A stretch of DNA of 32,000 bases from Candidatus Iainarchaeum sp. (GTDB taxonomy: Archaea; Iainarchaeota; Iainarchaeia; Iainarchaeales; JAZDEL01), in contig JAZDEL010000006.1 of assembly GCA_043808785.1 (NCBI GenBank), forward strand, positions 1 through 32,000, in the 5' to 3' direction. Below the pieces are notes generated by a model. The model was not told the DNA's origin, did not search any database, and saw only the letters and a list, made by a program, of their open reading frames with translations. Of this stretch, positions 14,919 through 23,029 are shown piece after piece (position 1 is the first letter of the stretch; every line of letters begins with the position of its first letter). Both the position numbers and the translations under genes were made by a program.

Positions 14919-16118
14919 ATGGCTGCACAAAGGGGAACGGAAAGGCACCTTATTGAAAGGGCTCCTGCAGAAAGGGTGCCGGAAAGGCGCCTCATGCAAA
15001 GGGCGATTGCGCTTGCCGAAAGGGGCGGGGGCAAAACAGGCCCTAACCCCATGGTCGGGTGCGTGGTTGCAAAGCACGGGAAGGTTATTGCGGAGGGCTG
15101 GCACAAGTGCTGCGGGGCGGAGCACGCAGAGGCAATGGCTCTGAGGCTTGCGGGAAAAAAAGCAAGGGGGGCGGAGATGTATGTAACGCTCGAGCCATGC
15201 AGCCATTGGGGAAGGACGCCTCCGTGCACGCGCGCAATCATGCGGGCGGGAATAAAAAAAGTTTTTATTGCAATGCGGGACCCCAATCAGGGAGTAAGCG
15301 GGGAAGGAATCAGGGCGCTGCGCAGCGCGGGGATTAAGGTGCATGTTGGGCTCTGCAAAAAAGAAGCGGAAACACTTAACAACTTCTACATAACCAGAAT
15401 GCGCAGGGGGCGGCCTTTTGTCATAATGAAGGTTGCAATGACCGCTGACGGAAAGATAACCTGGGGCAACGGGAAAAGGAAGAAAATCAGCGGAAAGGAA
15501 GTGGATGAATTGGTTCACAGGATGCGGGCAAGGGTTGATGCGGTTATTGTCGGCGTGAATACCGTGATTAAGGATAACCCGCTTCTCACTGCGCGCCTCG
15601 GAAAAAACAAAAACACAAAAAACGCGCGCGGTTCGGGTTTGCAGGAAGGCGGCATAAAAAACCCGCTGCGCGTGGTTCTTGACTGTTCGCTCAGGATTCC
15701 TGCAAACGCGCGCGTGCTGAAGTGCGGGGGAGGGCTGAAAACGGCAGTTGTGGCCGCTGCGGGGGCACGCAGGAATGCGCGCAAAGCAAGGGAGATTCAA
15801 AAGCGCGGGGCAGCGGTAATGGTTGTGAAGCGCGGGGGAGGGGGCGTTGATTTGCATTCGCTGCTTCACGAACTCGGCAGTGCGGGGATAAATTCGGTTA
15901 TGCTTGAGGGCGGGAAGAAACTGAACACTTCTTTCCTGCGCGCGGGGCTTGCGGATGAGGCTGTGTTCATTGTTTCTCCGCGCAGGATAGGGAAAGGGCT
16001 TGACTGGGCCGAGCGCAGGGTTGCAAAGGGGGTTCTGCTCGATTGCGCGGAGGCTGCAGTGCTCGGGAAGGATGTTGTCATTTCTGGCGTGCCTTCGTTG
16101 AAAAGCCCGCACCTGTGA
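14919..16118 (+). CDS. ribD: Bifunctional riboflavin biosynthesis protein RibD (pyrimidine deaminase/reductase)
   Basis: The deaminase motifs are PNPMVGCVV, GAEHAEAMAL and LEPCSHWGRTPPC. The reductase half has FVIMKVAMTADGKI and MLEGGKKL. An alternative start is ATG 14994. Confidence 0.9.
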   Translation: MAAQRGTERHLIERAPAERVPERRLMQRAIALAERGGGKTGPNPMVGCVVAKHGKVIAEGWHKCCGAEHAEAMALRLAGKKARGAEMYVTLEPCSHWGRTPPCTRAIMRAGIKKVFIAMRDPNQGVSGEGIRALRSAGIKVHVGLCKKEAETLNNFYITRMRRGRPFVIMKVAMTADGKITWGNGKRKKISGKEVDELVHRMRARVDAVIVGVNTVIKDNPLLTARLGKNKNTKNARGSGLQEGGIKNPLRVVLDCSLRIPANARVLKCGGGLKTAVVAAAGARRNARKAREIQKRGAAVMVVKRGGGGVDLHSLLHELGSAGINSVMLEGGKKLNTSFLRAGLADEAVFIVSPRRIGKGLDWAERRVAKGVLLDCAEAAVLGKDVVISGVPSLKSPHL

Positions 16119-17262
16119 CTGAGATTTCAGCAGGCTCGCCCTGGCTGCCGCGCACTTCAAACTTCACGCCGAGCATTTTCTCGCAAACTGAAATGTTTGT
16201 GAGCGTGTGTTCAGTCAGAGAGGTGCAGGAGATTTCGCTCTTCCCTTTTGCAAGAGCCATGTAGGGGATAAGCTGGTCGGCAAGGTGGGAATCGACAGGC
16301 CTTTGCGCGGAAAGCTCGCGCAGGAGGTTTTGCGCCGCCTCCTCCCCTACTCTTGTCGCTGGCTTGCCTTTTTCGCCAAGGGCGTTCGCGCCTATAACGG
16401 CGCCCGAACTGAAAATTGCGAAAAGATCTATTCCCGAACCTATTGTGTCCGCACGCTCCCTGCTTTCGGCGTGCCCGCCGAAAGGAGCGTCAATGCCGGC
16501 ATTCGCAAGGGCGTTCTTTGCAGCACTGAGCTGGTTCCTTGAAACATCGGAGGGAAGAGATGCGGAATGGGAAAACGCCTTTATCTCCTGAAGTTCGCCG
16601 AGCTCGAGGATGCGCAGGGGCTTGAGCGGCAGGGCGGCGGGCTTTGAACGGAAAAGAACCCTTCCCCTGCCCTTCGGGAAGTAGCCGTGCATCAGTGTTT
16701 CCGCGGAAAACCTCGCGCGCGTGCATTTCAGCGCGGGAAAGAGCGCGTTCGCCAGATAGTTCATGGGCGGGGAGAATGCAACGTCTGTCCCCCCTGTTGC
16801 GGAAATTTTCAGTTCGCAGGCAAGCGCGGGAAGGGATGCTGATTGAATCACAAGCGCAACGGAACCTGCGGAACCTATGTTTGTTGCAAGGGTTTGCTTT
16901 TGCATTATTTCCCTTGGGCTGAATTTTATTTCCTTCGAACCCTCGAAAACCCCCATTGTCCTTGCGCCGCAGATGGATACAACAGCGGTTATTGCGGCAA
17001 CGTGCTGCTTTTTCAGCCCCGGCTTGGGGCGCGAGGAGCGTATGTTTTTCAGCGAAACCGGCACGCCTGTCAGGGCTGAGAGGCCGATAGCTGTGCGCAG
17101 AACCTGCCCGCCGTGGGAAGCATCAATTTCAAGCGCTTCCCCTGCGGCATCAACTGCCTTTGCGCATTCCGCCGCAGCATCCGCTGACTCTGCGCGGGAT
17201 GGGCCAACCTCAAGTAATTCAGCATTTTCCGTGCCTTCGGCCATAACCAAAAGTTCATGCAA
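16078..17262 (-). CDS. rtcA: RNA 3'-terminal phosphate cyclase RtcA
   Basis: The product contains LEIDASHGGQVLRTAIGLSALTGVPVSLKNIRSSRPKPGLKKQHV. The start is ATG 17262 or ATG 17244 (MAEGT). The 3' end overlaps the ribD 3' end by 41 nt. Confidence 0.9.
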   Translation of the reverse strand: MHELLVMAEGTENAELLEVGPSRAESADAAAECAKAVDAAGEALEIDASHGGQVLRTAIGLSALTGVPVSLKNIRSSRPKPGLKKQHVAAITAVVSICGARTMGVFEGSKEIKFSPREIMQKQTLATNIGSAGSVALVIQSASLPALACELKISATGGTDVAFSPPMNYLANALFPALKCTRARFSAETLMHGYFPKGRGRVLFRSKPAALPLKPLRILELGELQEIKAFSHSASLPSDVSRNQLSAAKNALANAGIDAPFGGHAESRERADTIGSGIDLFAIFSSGAVIGANALGEKGKPATRVGEEAAQNLLRELSAQRPVDSHLADQLIPYMALAKGKSEISCTSLTEHTLTNISVCEKMLGVKFEVRGSQGEPAEISVTGAGFSTKARQK

Positions 17263-17303
17263 AACCCTTAATAAATCCTTTAACCTAAGTTTAAGGTGGA
17301 ATT

Positions 17304-18221
17304 ATGAAAATCCTAATCACGGGTTCCGAGGGGCTGGTGGGCAGGGAACTTGCCAAAACCCTTGAGAGGCGCGGGCACCTTGTAAGGAGGTTTGATGCAA
17401 AGCTCGGCAACAACATCCTTGATGCAAAGGCGCTTGCTTCCGCGGTAAAGGGCGCGGATGCGGTTTACCATCTTGCGGCGCAGCTTGATGAGGGCGCGAA
17501 AGATTTGTTCAGGGTCAATGTTGCGGGAACAAAAAACGTGCTCGAGGCGTGCGCAAAGGAGAGGGTTGCGCAGCTGGTTTACCTGAGCACTGTGGGCGTG
17601 ATGGGCGACCTTAAGCGCGGGGTAAGGGCGGGTGAGAAAACTCCGCAGAAGCCGCTTACAAGGTATGAGAAGAGCAAGGCGGAGGCGGAGAAGATTGTGC
17701 TCACATACCTGGAGGTCCTGCCAGTCACAATAGTGAGGAGTGCGATGGTGCTCGGGCCTAACGAGTTCTGGGCGGGGATAATAAAGCAGGCGAAGCACAA
17801 CTTTCCTTTGGTCGGGGACGGGAAAAATAAGTGGCAGGTTATCTATTACAGGGATTTGGCGGATGCGCTTGTCTTCCTTCTTGGGGAAGAGGATGCAATG
17901 GGGGAGATTTTCATTGTTGCCGAGGAGGGCGGGATGACGCTAAAGCAATTCTACGAGGCGCTGCGTGCAGAACTCGGGGTAAGCGCGGAAATGAACACAA
18001 TAGGCCCGATTATGGCAAAGGCCGCTTCGTGGTTCTTTTTCACAAAGGCGATTATAACAAAGCACAACACAATTGTACTGCCGGCACACATAGACAGGCT
18101 TGTGAGGGAAAGGAGTTATAACACGGGCAAGATGGAGGGATTGGGCTGGCACGCGCTTACCCCCACAAAACAGGCGATTGCGGAGACTGTTAAGGCGATT
18201 GAAATAGGGGGCAAAAAATAG
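17304..18221 (+). CDS. NAD-dependent epimerase/dehydratase family protein
   Basis: The product starts with the Rossmann motif MKILITGSEGLVGRELAK and has an SDR-type YxxxK motif (YEKSK). Confidence 0.85.
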   Translation: MKILITGSEGLVGRELAKTLERRGHLVRRFDAKLGNNILDAKALASAVKGADAVYHLAAQLDEGAKDLFRVNVAGTKNVLEACAKERVAQLVYLSTVGVMGDLKRGVRAGEKTPQKPLTRYEKSKAEAEKIVLTYLEVLPVTIVRSAMVLGPNEFWAGIIKQAKHNFPLVGDGKNKWQVIYYRDLADALVFLLGEEDAMGEIFIVAEEGGMTLKQFYEALRAELGVSAEMNTIGPIMAKAASWFFFTKAIITKHNTIVLPAHIDRLVRERSYNTGKMEGLGWHALTPTKQAIAETVKAIEIGGKK

Positions 18222-18234
18222 AAGCCTCGGGAAA

Positions 18235-19014
18235 TTAGCGCTTCCCCTTCCCCGCTTTCCTAACCGCTGCAACCATCTTCTTCAGCCTTGCCTCGGCTTT
18301 GGGTAAGTTCGAGGCCGAGCCCTCAAGGGCAGTGCCCACATGGATTATGTCAGCGCCCGCCTTTACGGTCTGGTACGCATATTCGGGCGTGCGGACGCCG
18401 CCCGCAACAACAAGCGGGACACCGATCATTTTCCTTACCTGCGAAACCATTTCCTTCGGCGCGGGTGCCGGTGCGCCGCCGCCGGATTCGAGTATAACCA
18501 TTTTAGAGCCCATGTATTCTCCCGCGAGCGCGGTTATTGCAGCAAGGTACGGCAGGTTGCGCGGGATGGGCTTAGCCCTCCCAACCCAGCCTACAGCGCG
18601 CCCGGGCTCGACTATTATGTATGATGTGGGGAGCACTTCAAGCCCCATCTGCTTTACAGGGAGGGAGGATGCCGTCTGTGCGCCAGTGATGTAATAAGGG
18701 TCAAGGGAATTGAGCATTGACATGAAATAAATCGCGTCGGCGCGCTCGCTGAGTGTTGCGATATTGCCGGGGAAAAGTATGCGCGGGAGCGAGCACTTGT
18801 CCTTTATCGCGAGAAGGGTTTTGCTCAGGAGTTCGCCCTGTGCCCCTATGCTGCCCCCCACGGCAATCGCGTTAACCCCGCATTTCTCCGCGAGTTTTGC
18901 AAGCTTTCCCGCATCCTCGGGGTGCTGGTTCGGCGGGTCTATTACCACGAACACAAGGCCGCGGTATTTTTCAATGTCCGAAATTATGCCCTTGTAAACC
19001 CTGCCTTCTTTCAT
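18235..19014 (-). CDS. Geranylgeranylglyceryl phosphate synthase (PcrB/GGGPS family)
   Basis: The TIM-barrel PcrB pattern is present (FVVIDPPNQ..., AIAVGGS, ILFPGN, YIIVEPG, ILESGGGAPAP, PLVVAGGVRTPE). ATG 19014 is preferred over TTG 19023. A minus-strand TTTTAAATA box lies at 19045-19053. Confidence 0.88.
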   Translation of the reverse strand: MKEGRVYKGIISDIEKYRGLVFVVIDPPNQHPEDAGKLAKLAEKCGVNAIAVGGSIGAQGELLSKTLLAIKDKCSLPRILFPGNIATLSERADAIYFMSMLNSLDPYYITGAQTASSLPVKQMGLEVLPTSYIIVEPGRAVGWVGRAKPIPRNLPYLAAITALAGEYMGSKMVILESGGGAPAPAPKEMVSQVRKMIGVPLVVAGGVRTPEYAYQTVKAGADIIHVGTALEGSASNLPKAEARLKKMVAAVRKAGKGKR

Positions 19015-19122
19015 GGAAACCAAACTATATTTGGCGCGGTTAGGTATTTAAAACCTGCCATGCCCCCCGAATAGGCGGTTCATGTAAGGGGGGAAATGCG
19101 TGCCTTCCGTGCGGGTTCGCTT

Positions 19123-19788
19123 TCAGCGCAGCATTGCAATGCATGCCTCCAGGTTCCTTTCCTGCCTTGCTTTGCCCTCCAGAATCGGCCCGTGCCCGGG
19201 GAGGAGAACGCTGAAATCCAGCGCCCGCAGGCGTTTCAGGGAGCGGAGCAGTTCCTCCCTGCTCCCTGCAGGGAGGTCATAACGGCCGAAGGAGCCGCTG
19301 AATAGGGTGTCGCCCGAGAAGAGCATGCCCTTTTTGCGCTCGTAGAAGCAAACCGAGCCCTGTGTATGCCCCGGCGCGTGAACAACCCCGAAAACAAAGC
19401 CCGCGAATTTTATTTTTTGCCCGTCGGCGAGGAATTTTTTTATTTTCGGGAAATCTGCCTCCCTGAAAAAATTCGCGCACGTGAAAGTGCCGTCGCCGCG
19501 GTTTACGAATTCCGCATCATGCGCATGCATCAGCACTTCCGCCTCCGGGAACGCGAAGTCCGCGCCAAAGTGGTCTGCATGGCCGTGGGTGTTCAGGATA
19601 AGGCGCACGTCCGCGGCTGAAAGGCGGAGTTCCGCGAGCGCTGATTCCAGCAGCGGCACGTTTTCGGGCAGGCCCGGGTCTATAAGCGCGCAGCCGCCTT
19701 TTGATTTTTCGGCTACAAGGTACGAGTTCGAGCTCCAGCCGCCCTCCGAAAGCAGCGCGTAAATGCCCGGAACTATCTGCTTAAACAT
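19123..19788 (-). CDS. MBL-fold metallo-hydrolase (glyoxalase II-like)
   Basis: The start is MFKQIVPGIYAL. The metal-binding motifs NTHGHADHFG and HAPGHTQGS are present. The upstream 134 codons of the 355-aa ORF run antisense into the RPA gene and are rejected. Confidence 0.85.
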   Translation of the reverse strand: MFKQIVPGIYALLSEGGWSSNSYLVAEKSKGGCALIDPGLPENVPLLESALAELRLSAADVRLILNTHGHADHFGADFAFPEAEVLMHAHDAEFVNRGDGTFTCANFFREADFPKIKKFLADGQKIKFAGFVFGVVHAPGHTQGSVCFYERKKGMLFSGDTLFSGSFGRYDLPAGSREELLRSLKRLRALDFSVLLPGHGPILEGKARQERNLEACIAMLR

Positions 19789-19902
19789 AACGATTATTTC
19801 AGGGGCGCAACCAATAAAAACAAATCCGCGCGCGGTTTGGGGGTTTTCGCACGGGTTCGGTTCGGCACAACCAATAAAAACAAGTCCCAACAAAGAACAA
19901 TA

Positions 19903-21264
19903 ATGGCTTCGGGAATAGGGGGTTCGGAAACCGCTGTTTACGGCAAGGATTCGGTAATGGAAAAGGTAGTGCAGGGCAGCGGGAAAACGCACGAAGAAAT
20001 AGCGCAGATGGTTGCGGAGAAGAGGAAGAGGTTCGAGGGCCTGCTTACCGACAGCGGGGCGCTGTTTATGGTTGCCCGTGAACTGGGCGTGGAACTGGAA
20101 CTTGAGAGGAACCTTCCCGCAAGCGGGATGAAACTTTCCCAGCTTGAGGCTGGAATGCAGAATGTTGATTTGGTTGCAAGGGCGATGCATATCTTTGCCC
20201 CGAGGGAGTTCGAGAAGAACGGCAAGAGGGGCGTGCTTTGCAATATGGTTGTAGCGGATTCAAGCGCCGAGATGAGGCTGACGCTCTGGCACAGGGATGT
20301 TAAGAAGCTTGAGGAACTTTGCGCGGAACGCGGGGCGATAATGGCGCTGAAGGGCTGCAGGGTCGGGGCGTATAACGGAAAGGCGCAGCTGGATTTGGGG
20401 TTCGGCGGGGATTTCAGTTTGGCGGGAGCAAGCAGCGAGAGGCTGCCGGAGTGCACTGCAAAGCCGTGCAAACTTTCCGAACTAACTGCGGGGCAGCAGA
20501 ATGTTGATGCTTATGCGCGCGTCGCGCGGATTTTCGGGGAGAGGGAGTTTGAAAAGGAGGGGAGGAGGGGCAAGGTTGTGAATTTTGAAATTGCGGACGA
20601 GGGCGCGGTTGTAAGGGCCGCAGCATGGAACGAGATTGCCGATTCCGTTAAAAAACTGAAGGAGGGCGACCCGATAAAAATCGAGGGCGCTTACACAAAG
20701 GAGGGGATGAGGGGGATTGAGTTAAACCTCGGATGGCAGGCGCGCATTGTGAGGAACCCGAAGCATAAACTTGGGGAAGTGATGAAGGGTCCTGCTGGAG
20801 GAGGCATTGGCGCTGGCACGAAGTATGAGGGCAAAAAAATTTCCGAACTTGCTGAGGGGGCAAATGCAGAGCTGCTAGTCAAAATTGCGGAAGTTCAGCA
20901 GGGCAACCTGAGGTACAACATCTGCCCGAAGTGCGGCAAGAAGCTTGAGGGCGTTGCCGGGGGCTGGGTGTGCAGCGTGTGCGGGGAAATCGAGAAGCCC
21001 GACATAAACCCCGTTGTCGGGTTTGATGTGGAGGATGCGTCGGGAAGGATGGGGGCGGTTGCATTCGGCAGCGCAGCGGAGAGGATTATGGGCATCGGGA
21101 AGGAAGATTTGGAAAAGAGGCTGAGGAAGGACACGCCCGAGGAGATAATTGATGACTTTGCAAAGGCTATCGAGGGCTCGGAATTCACGCTTCGCGGGCG
21201 TGCAAAGAAAAACGCGCGCAGCGGGGAACTGGAATTTGTTGTCAACGAGGCTGCGGAGGCGTGA
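19903..21264 (+). CDS. Replication protein A (RPA/RFA large subunit: three OB folds plus a zinc finger)
   Basis: Three OB units are repeated (NVDLVARAMHIFAPREFEK, NVDAYARVARIFGEREFEK, ...), followed by CPKCGKKLEGVAGGWVCSVCGE. The start is ATG 19903, with ATG 19957 as an alternative. Confidence 0.88.
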   Translation: MASGIGGSETAVYGKDSVMEKVVQGSGKTHEEIAQMVAEKRKRFEGLLTDSGALFMVARELGVELELERNLPASGMKLSQLEAGMQNVDLVARAMHIFAPREFEKNGKRGVLCNMVVADSSAEMRLTLWHRDVKKLEELCAERGAIMALKGCRVGAYNGKAQLDLGFGGDFSLAGASSERLPECTAKPCKLSELTAGQQNVDAYARVARIFGEREFEKEGRRGKVVNFEIADEGAVVRAAAWNEIADSVKKLKEGDPIKIEGAYTKEGMRGIELNLGWQARIVRNPKHKLGEVMKGPAGGGIGAGTKYEGKKISELAEGANAELLVKIAEVQQGNLRYNICPKCGKKLEGVAGGWVCSVCGEIEKPDINPVVGFDVEDASGRMGAVAFGSAAERIMGIGKEDLEKRLRKDTPEEIIDDFAKAIEGSEFTLRGRAKKNARSGELEFVVNEAAEA

Positions 21265-21333
21265 TAAGTTGTTTCGGAACATTAAAATACTTGTCTGCAC
21301 ATTTAGTTTGTTGGAAATAACGGAGGCGATAAA

Positions 21334-21651
21334 TTGGCACCGAGAATTGCTAAAAGTAAACGCATTCCTATAGGCGCGATAGAATTAGCCAAGGCTTTAC
21401 GTATAAAATCACTCAGGGTCAAGGAATATCCTCATAGAGAGTTTGACATGACAAGTAGACCGCTGGGGGGGATAAGGGGCAAAAATGAATCTGTTGTTGC
21501 CGGTTCAGGCGAGAAGAGAGTATATTTCAAGTATGTTAAGAATGTGCACTCGCCCTCTCATGAACCAAGTAGCCAGTATGTCGCGGCAATAGATAGGCGC
21601 AGGACCGACGCAGAAGTGAAAAAAGAAAAAACAAGGCGCAGGAAAAAATAG
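21334..21651 (+). CDS. Hypothetical basic protein (orphan, AT-rich)
   Basis: The 105-aa ORF has a TTG start 7 nt after GGAGG (21322-21326). The C-terminus is Lys/Arg-rich. I recognise no family. Confidence 0.45.
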   Translation: MAPRIAKSKRIPIGAIELAKALRIKSLRVKEYPHREFDMTSRPLGGIRGKNESVVAGSGEKRVYFKYVKNVHSPSHEPSSQYVAAIDRRRTDAEVKKEKTRRRKK

Positions 21652-21699
21652 CAGGCAGTTTGCCTTTTGCAGCCTGCCTGCTCAAAGTTGGAGTGTGCT

Positions 21700-21727
21700 G
21701 TTCGCCAACAGGCGAACTGTTTCTTTC
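21700..21727 (+). terminator. Hairpin plus T-rich tract after the orphan ORF
   Basis: GTTCGCC-aaca-GGCGAAC forms a perfect 7-bp stem followed by TGTTTCTTTC. A second 9-bp hairpin (AGCAGGCAG...CTGCCTGCT) lies at 21650-21682. Confidence 0.5.
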
Positions 21728-21856
21728 GTCAACCATAGTTTGAGCACCCATTGGGCTCCGCCAAATTCGCGTGCCAGTGCTCTGAAAAGATTGCACAGGA
21801 AATGAACCCTGCGCAGGTTTTTAACCCCCCTGAAGCAAGGGTATTTCGGCGGAACC

Positions 21857-22249
21857 ATGAAGCGTGCGGGAGTTATGCGTGCGGAATCCGCGGAAATATT
21901 TGATGCGGAAAAGCGCGCAGCGCTTGCTGGAAGGCTTGCCAAGCAAGGCAAAAACATCCTTATTTTCGGCATGCCAAACAGCGGGAAATCCACGCTTGTG
22001 AAAGCGATATGCTCGGCGGATGCGCGGTTCCGTTCCACGGGGCATGAGGAACTGCTTACGGAGCGTGATATGGGGCTCGTGAGGCGCGGAAAAAGCCGCG
22101 GGTTTTGGGCTGTCGGCCATCAGTTCCCGGGGCAGGGTGAGGGGATTGCGGACGCGGAACTGGCGCGATTTGCGGAGAAAACACTGCGTTTAAACCTTGA
22201 AAAATGGCTCATACTGAGGATAATGCGCAACAGGAAGGTTTTTATTTAA
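21857..22249 (+). CDS. Short P-loop NTPase-like ORF (possibly a truncated remnant)
   Basis: A Walker A motif (GMPNSGKST) occurs at residues ~38-46. The ORF has only 130 codons and no clear Walker B motif. Its 3' end runs into the AT-rich promoter of the next gene. Confidence 0.4.
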   Translation: MKRAGVMRAESAEIFDAEKRAALAGRLAKQGKNILIFGMPNSGKSTLVKAICSADARFRSTGHEELLTERDMGLVRRGKSRGFWAVGHQFPGQGEGIADAELARFAEKTLRLNLEKWLILRIMRNRKVFI

Positions 22250-22268
22250 CTATGTGCATTAAATAAAT

Positions 22269-22868
22269 ATGAGCAAAACAATAACCCTTTCGGTTCCAGA
22301 CGAGGTTTACGAGGAGATGCGCTCGCATCCAGAAATCAATTATTCGGAACTTGCAAGGGAACGCATAGGCGAATACCTCGCAATGTTCAAGGGCAGGGAG
22401 GAGCTTGCTCCGCACAATTTCCTCCTGATGAAAGATTTGGTGTTCACGCCGGCAAAAATAGAGGAAATTCACCGCATGCTGGATAAGAAAAGCGCCCGCA
22501 CAGGCAATCTCCTCTGGGTGGATGCCGTGTTCGACCTTGACATGCTTGACAGCCTTGCGAAGTTCATGCATTCTTTCCCGCGCGCGCACCCTTTCGAGGA
22601 CGCGAACAAGCGCACCATGTTTGTATGCGTGGATGCGTTCCTGCGCCTTAACCGCATGAGGCTTGCGGTAAGGGCGGACGCGAAAAAAACAACCGAGGAC
22701 GAGAAGTTCTTCTGGCAGAATGCGAACATGCGGAAGGAAGTTGCGGAAATAAGGGCGTTCATCGAGAAGAGGATTGTGCCTGCAAGGAAGCCGAAGAGCG
22801 TCGAGGATGCTGTAAGGCAGTCTATCGAGGAAAATAAGGCGCTTATCCGCAGGCTGGCTGCGGAATAG
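22269..22868 (+). CDS. Fused ribbon-helix-helix (antitoxin-like) and Doc-family (Fic-fold) toxin domain protein
   Basis: The N-terminus TITLSVPDEVYEEMRSHPEINYSELARERIGEYL is RHH/CopG-like. Residues 107-115 (HPFEDANKR, nt 22587-22613) match the Doc signature HxFx[DN][AG]NKR. TTTTTATTTAA lies 21 nt upstream of the start. Confidence 0.7.
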   Translation: MSKTITLSVPDEVYEEMRSHPEINYSELARERIGEYLAMFKGREELAPHNFLLMKDLVFTPAKIEEIHRMLDKKSARTGNLLWVDAVFDLDMLDSLAKFMHSFPRAHPFEDANKRTMFVCVDAFLRLNRMRLAVRADAKKTTEDEKFFWQNANMRKEVAEIRAFIEKRIVPARKPKSVEDAVRQSIEENKALIRRLAAE

Positions 22869-23029
22869 GCGCAAGATGCGTGAGGGCGGCGCGCCGCAGT
22901 GGAAATCCACCCTCCAATTGTTTATAAAGGGTTCAAACAAACATACTATTGCAAAAGAATCTGCACCCGCAAGGGGGCGAGGTTTCCGAAGCCGAACCCC
23001 GAAAAGCGGGCGTGCAGGGAGGTGTTTGC

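Noticed and set aside
19789-20190. The N-terminal 134 codons of the 355-aa minus-strand ORF 19123..20190
   Set aside because: They run antisense through the RPA promoter and coding region. The MBL domain starts at MFKQIVPG (ATG 19788), with a TATA-like element at the right distance.
21322-21332. An identical 11-mer, GGAGGCGATAA, upstream of two AT-rich orphan ORFs (21322 and 25550), with GGAGGCGATA also upstream of the ferredoxin gene (minus strand, ~28349-28358). This initially looked like a shared mobile-element signature.
   Set aside because: The motif is close to the extended anti-16S complement GGAGGTGATC. Other genes here use GGAGGTGA (26246-26253, 24083-24091). It is most simply an extended Shine-Dalgarno sequence, not evidence of common origin.
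22949-23029. TTG 22949 as the radA start (ORF-track start)
   Set aside because: RadA homologs begin right at the HhH segment. ATG 23030 (MGKEIKEVKDLPGVG) is preceded by GGGAGGTG at the proper spacing. The 27 upstream codons have no RadA-like sequence.
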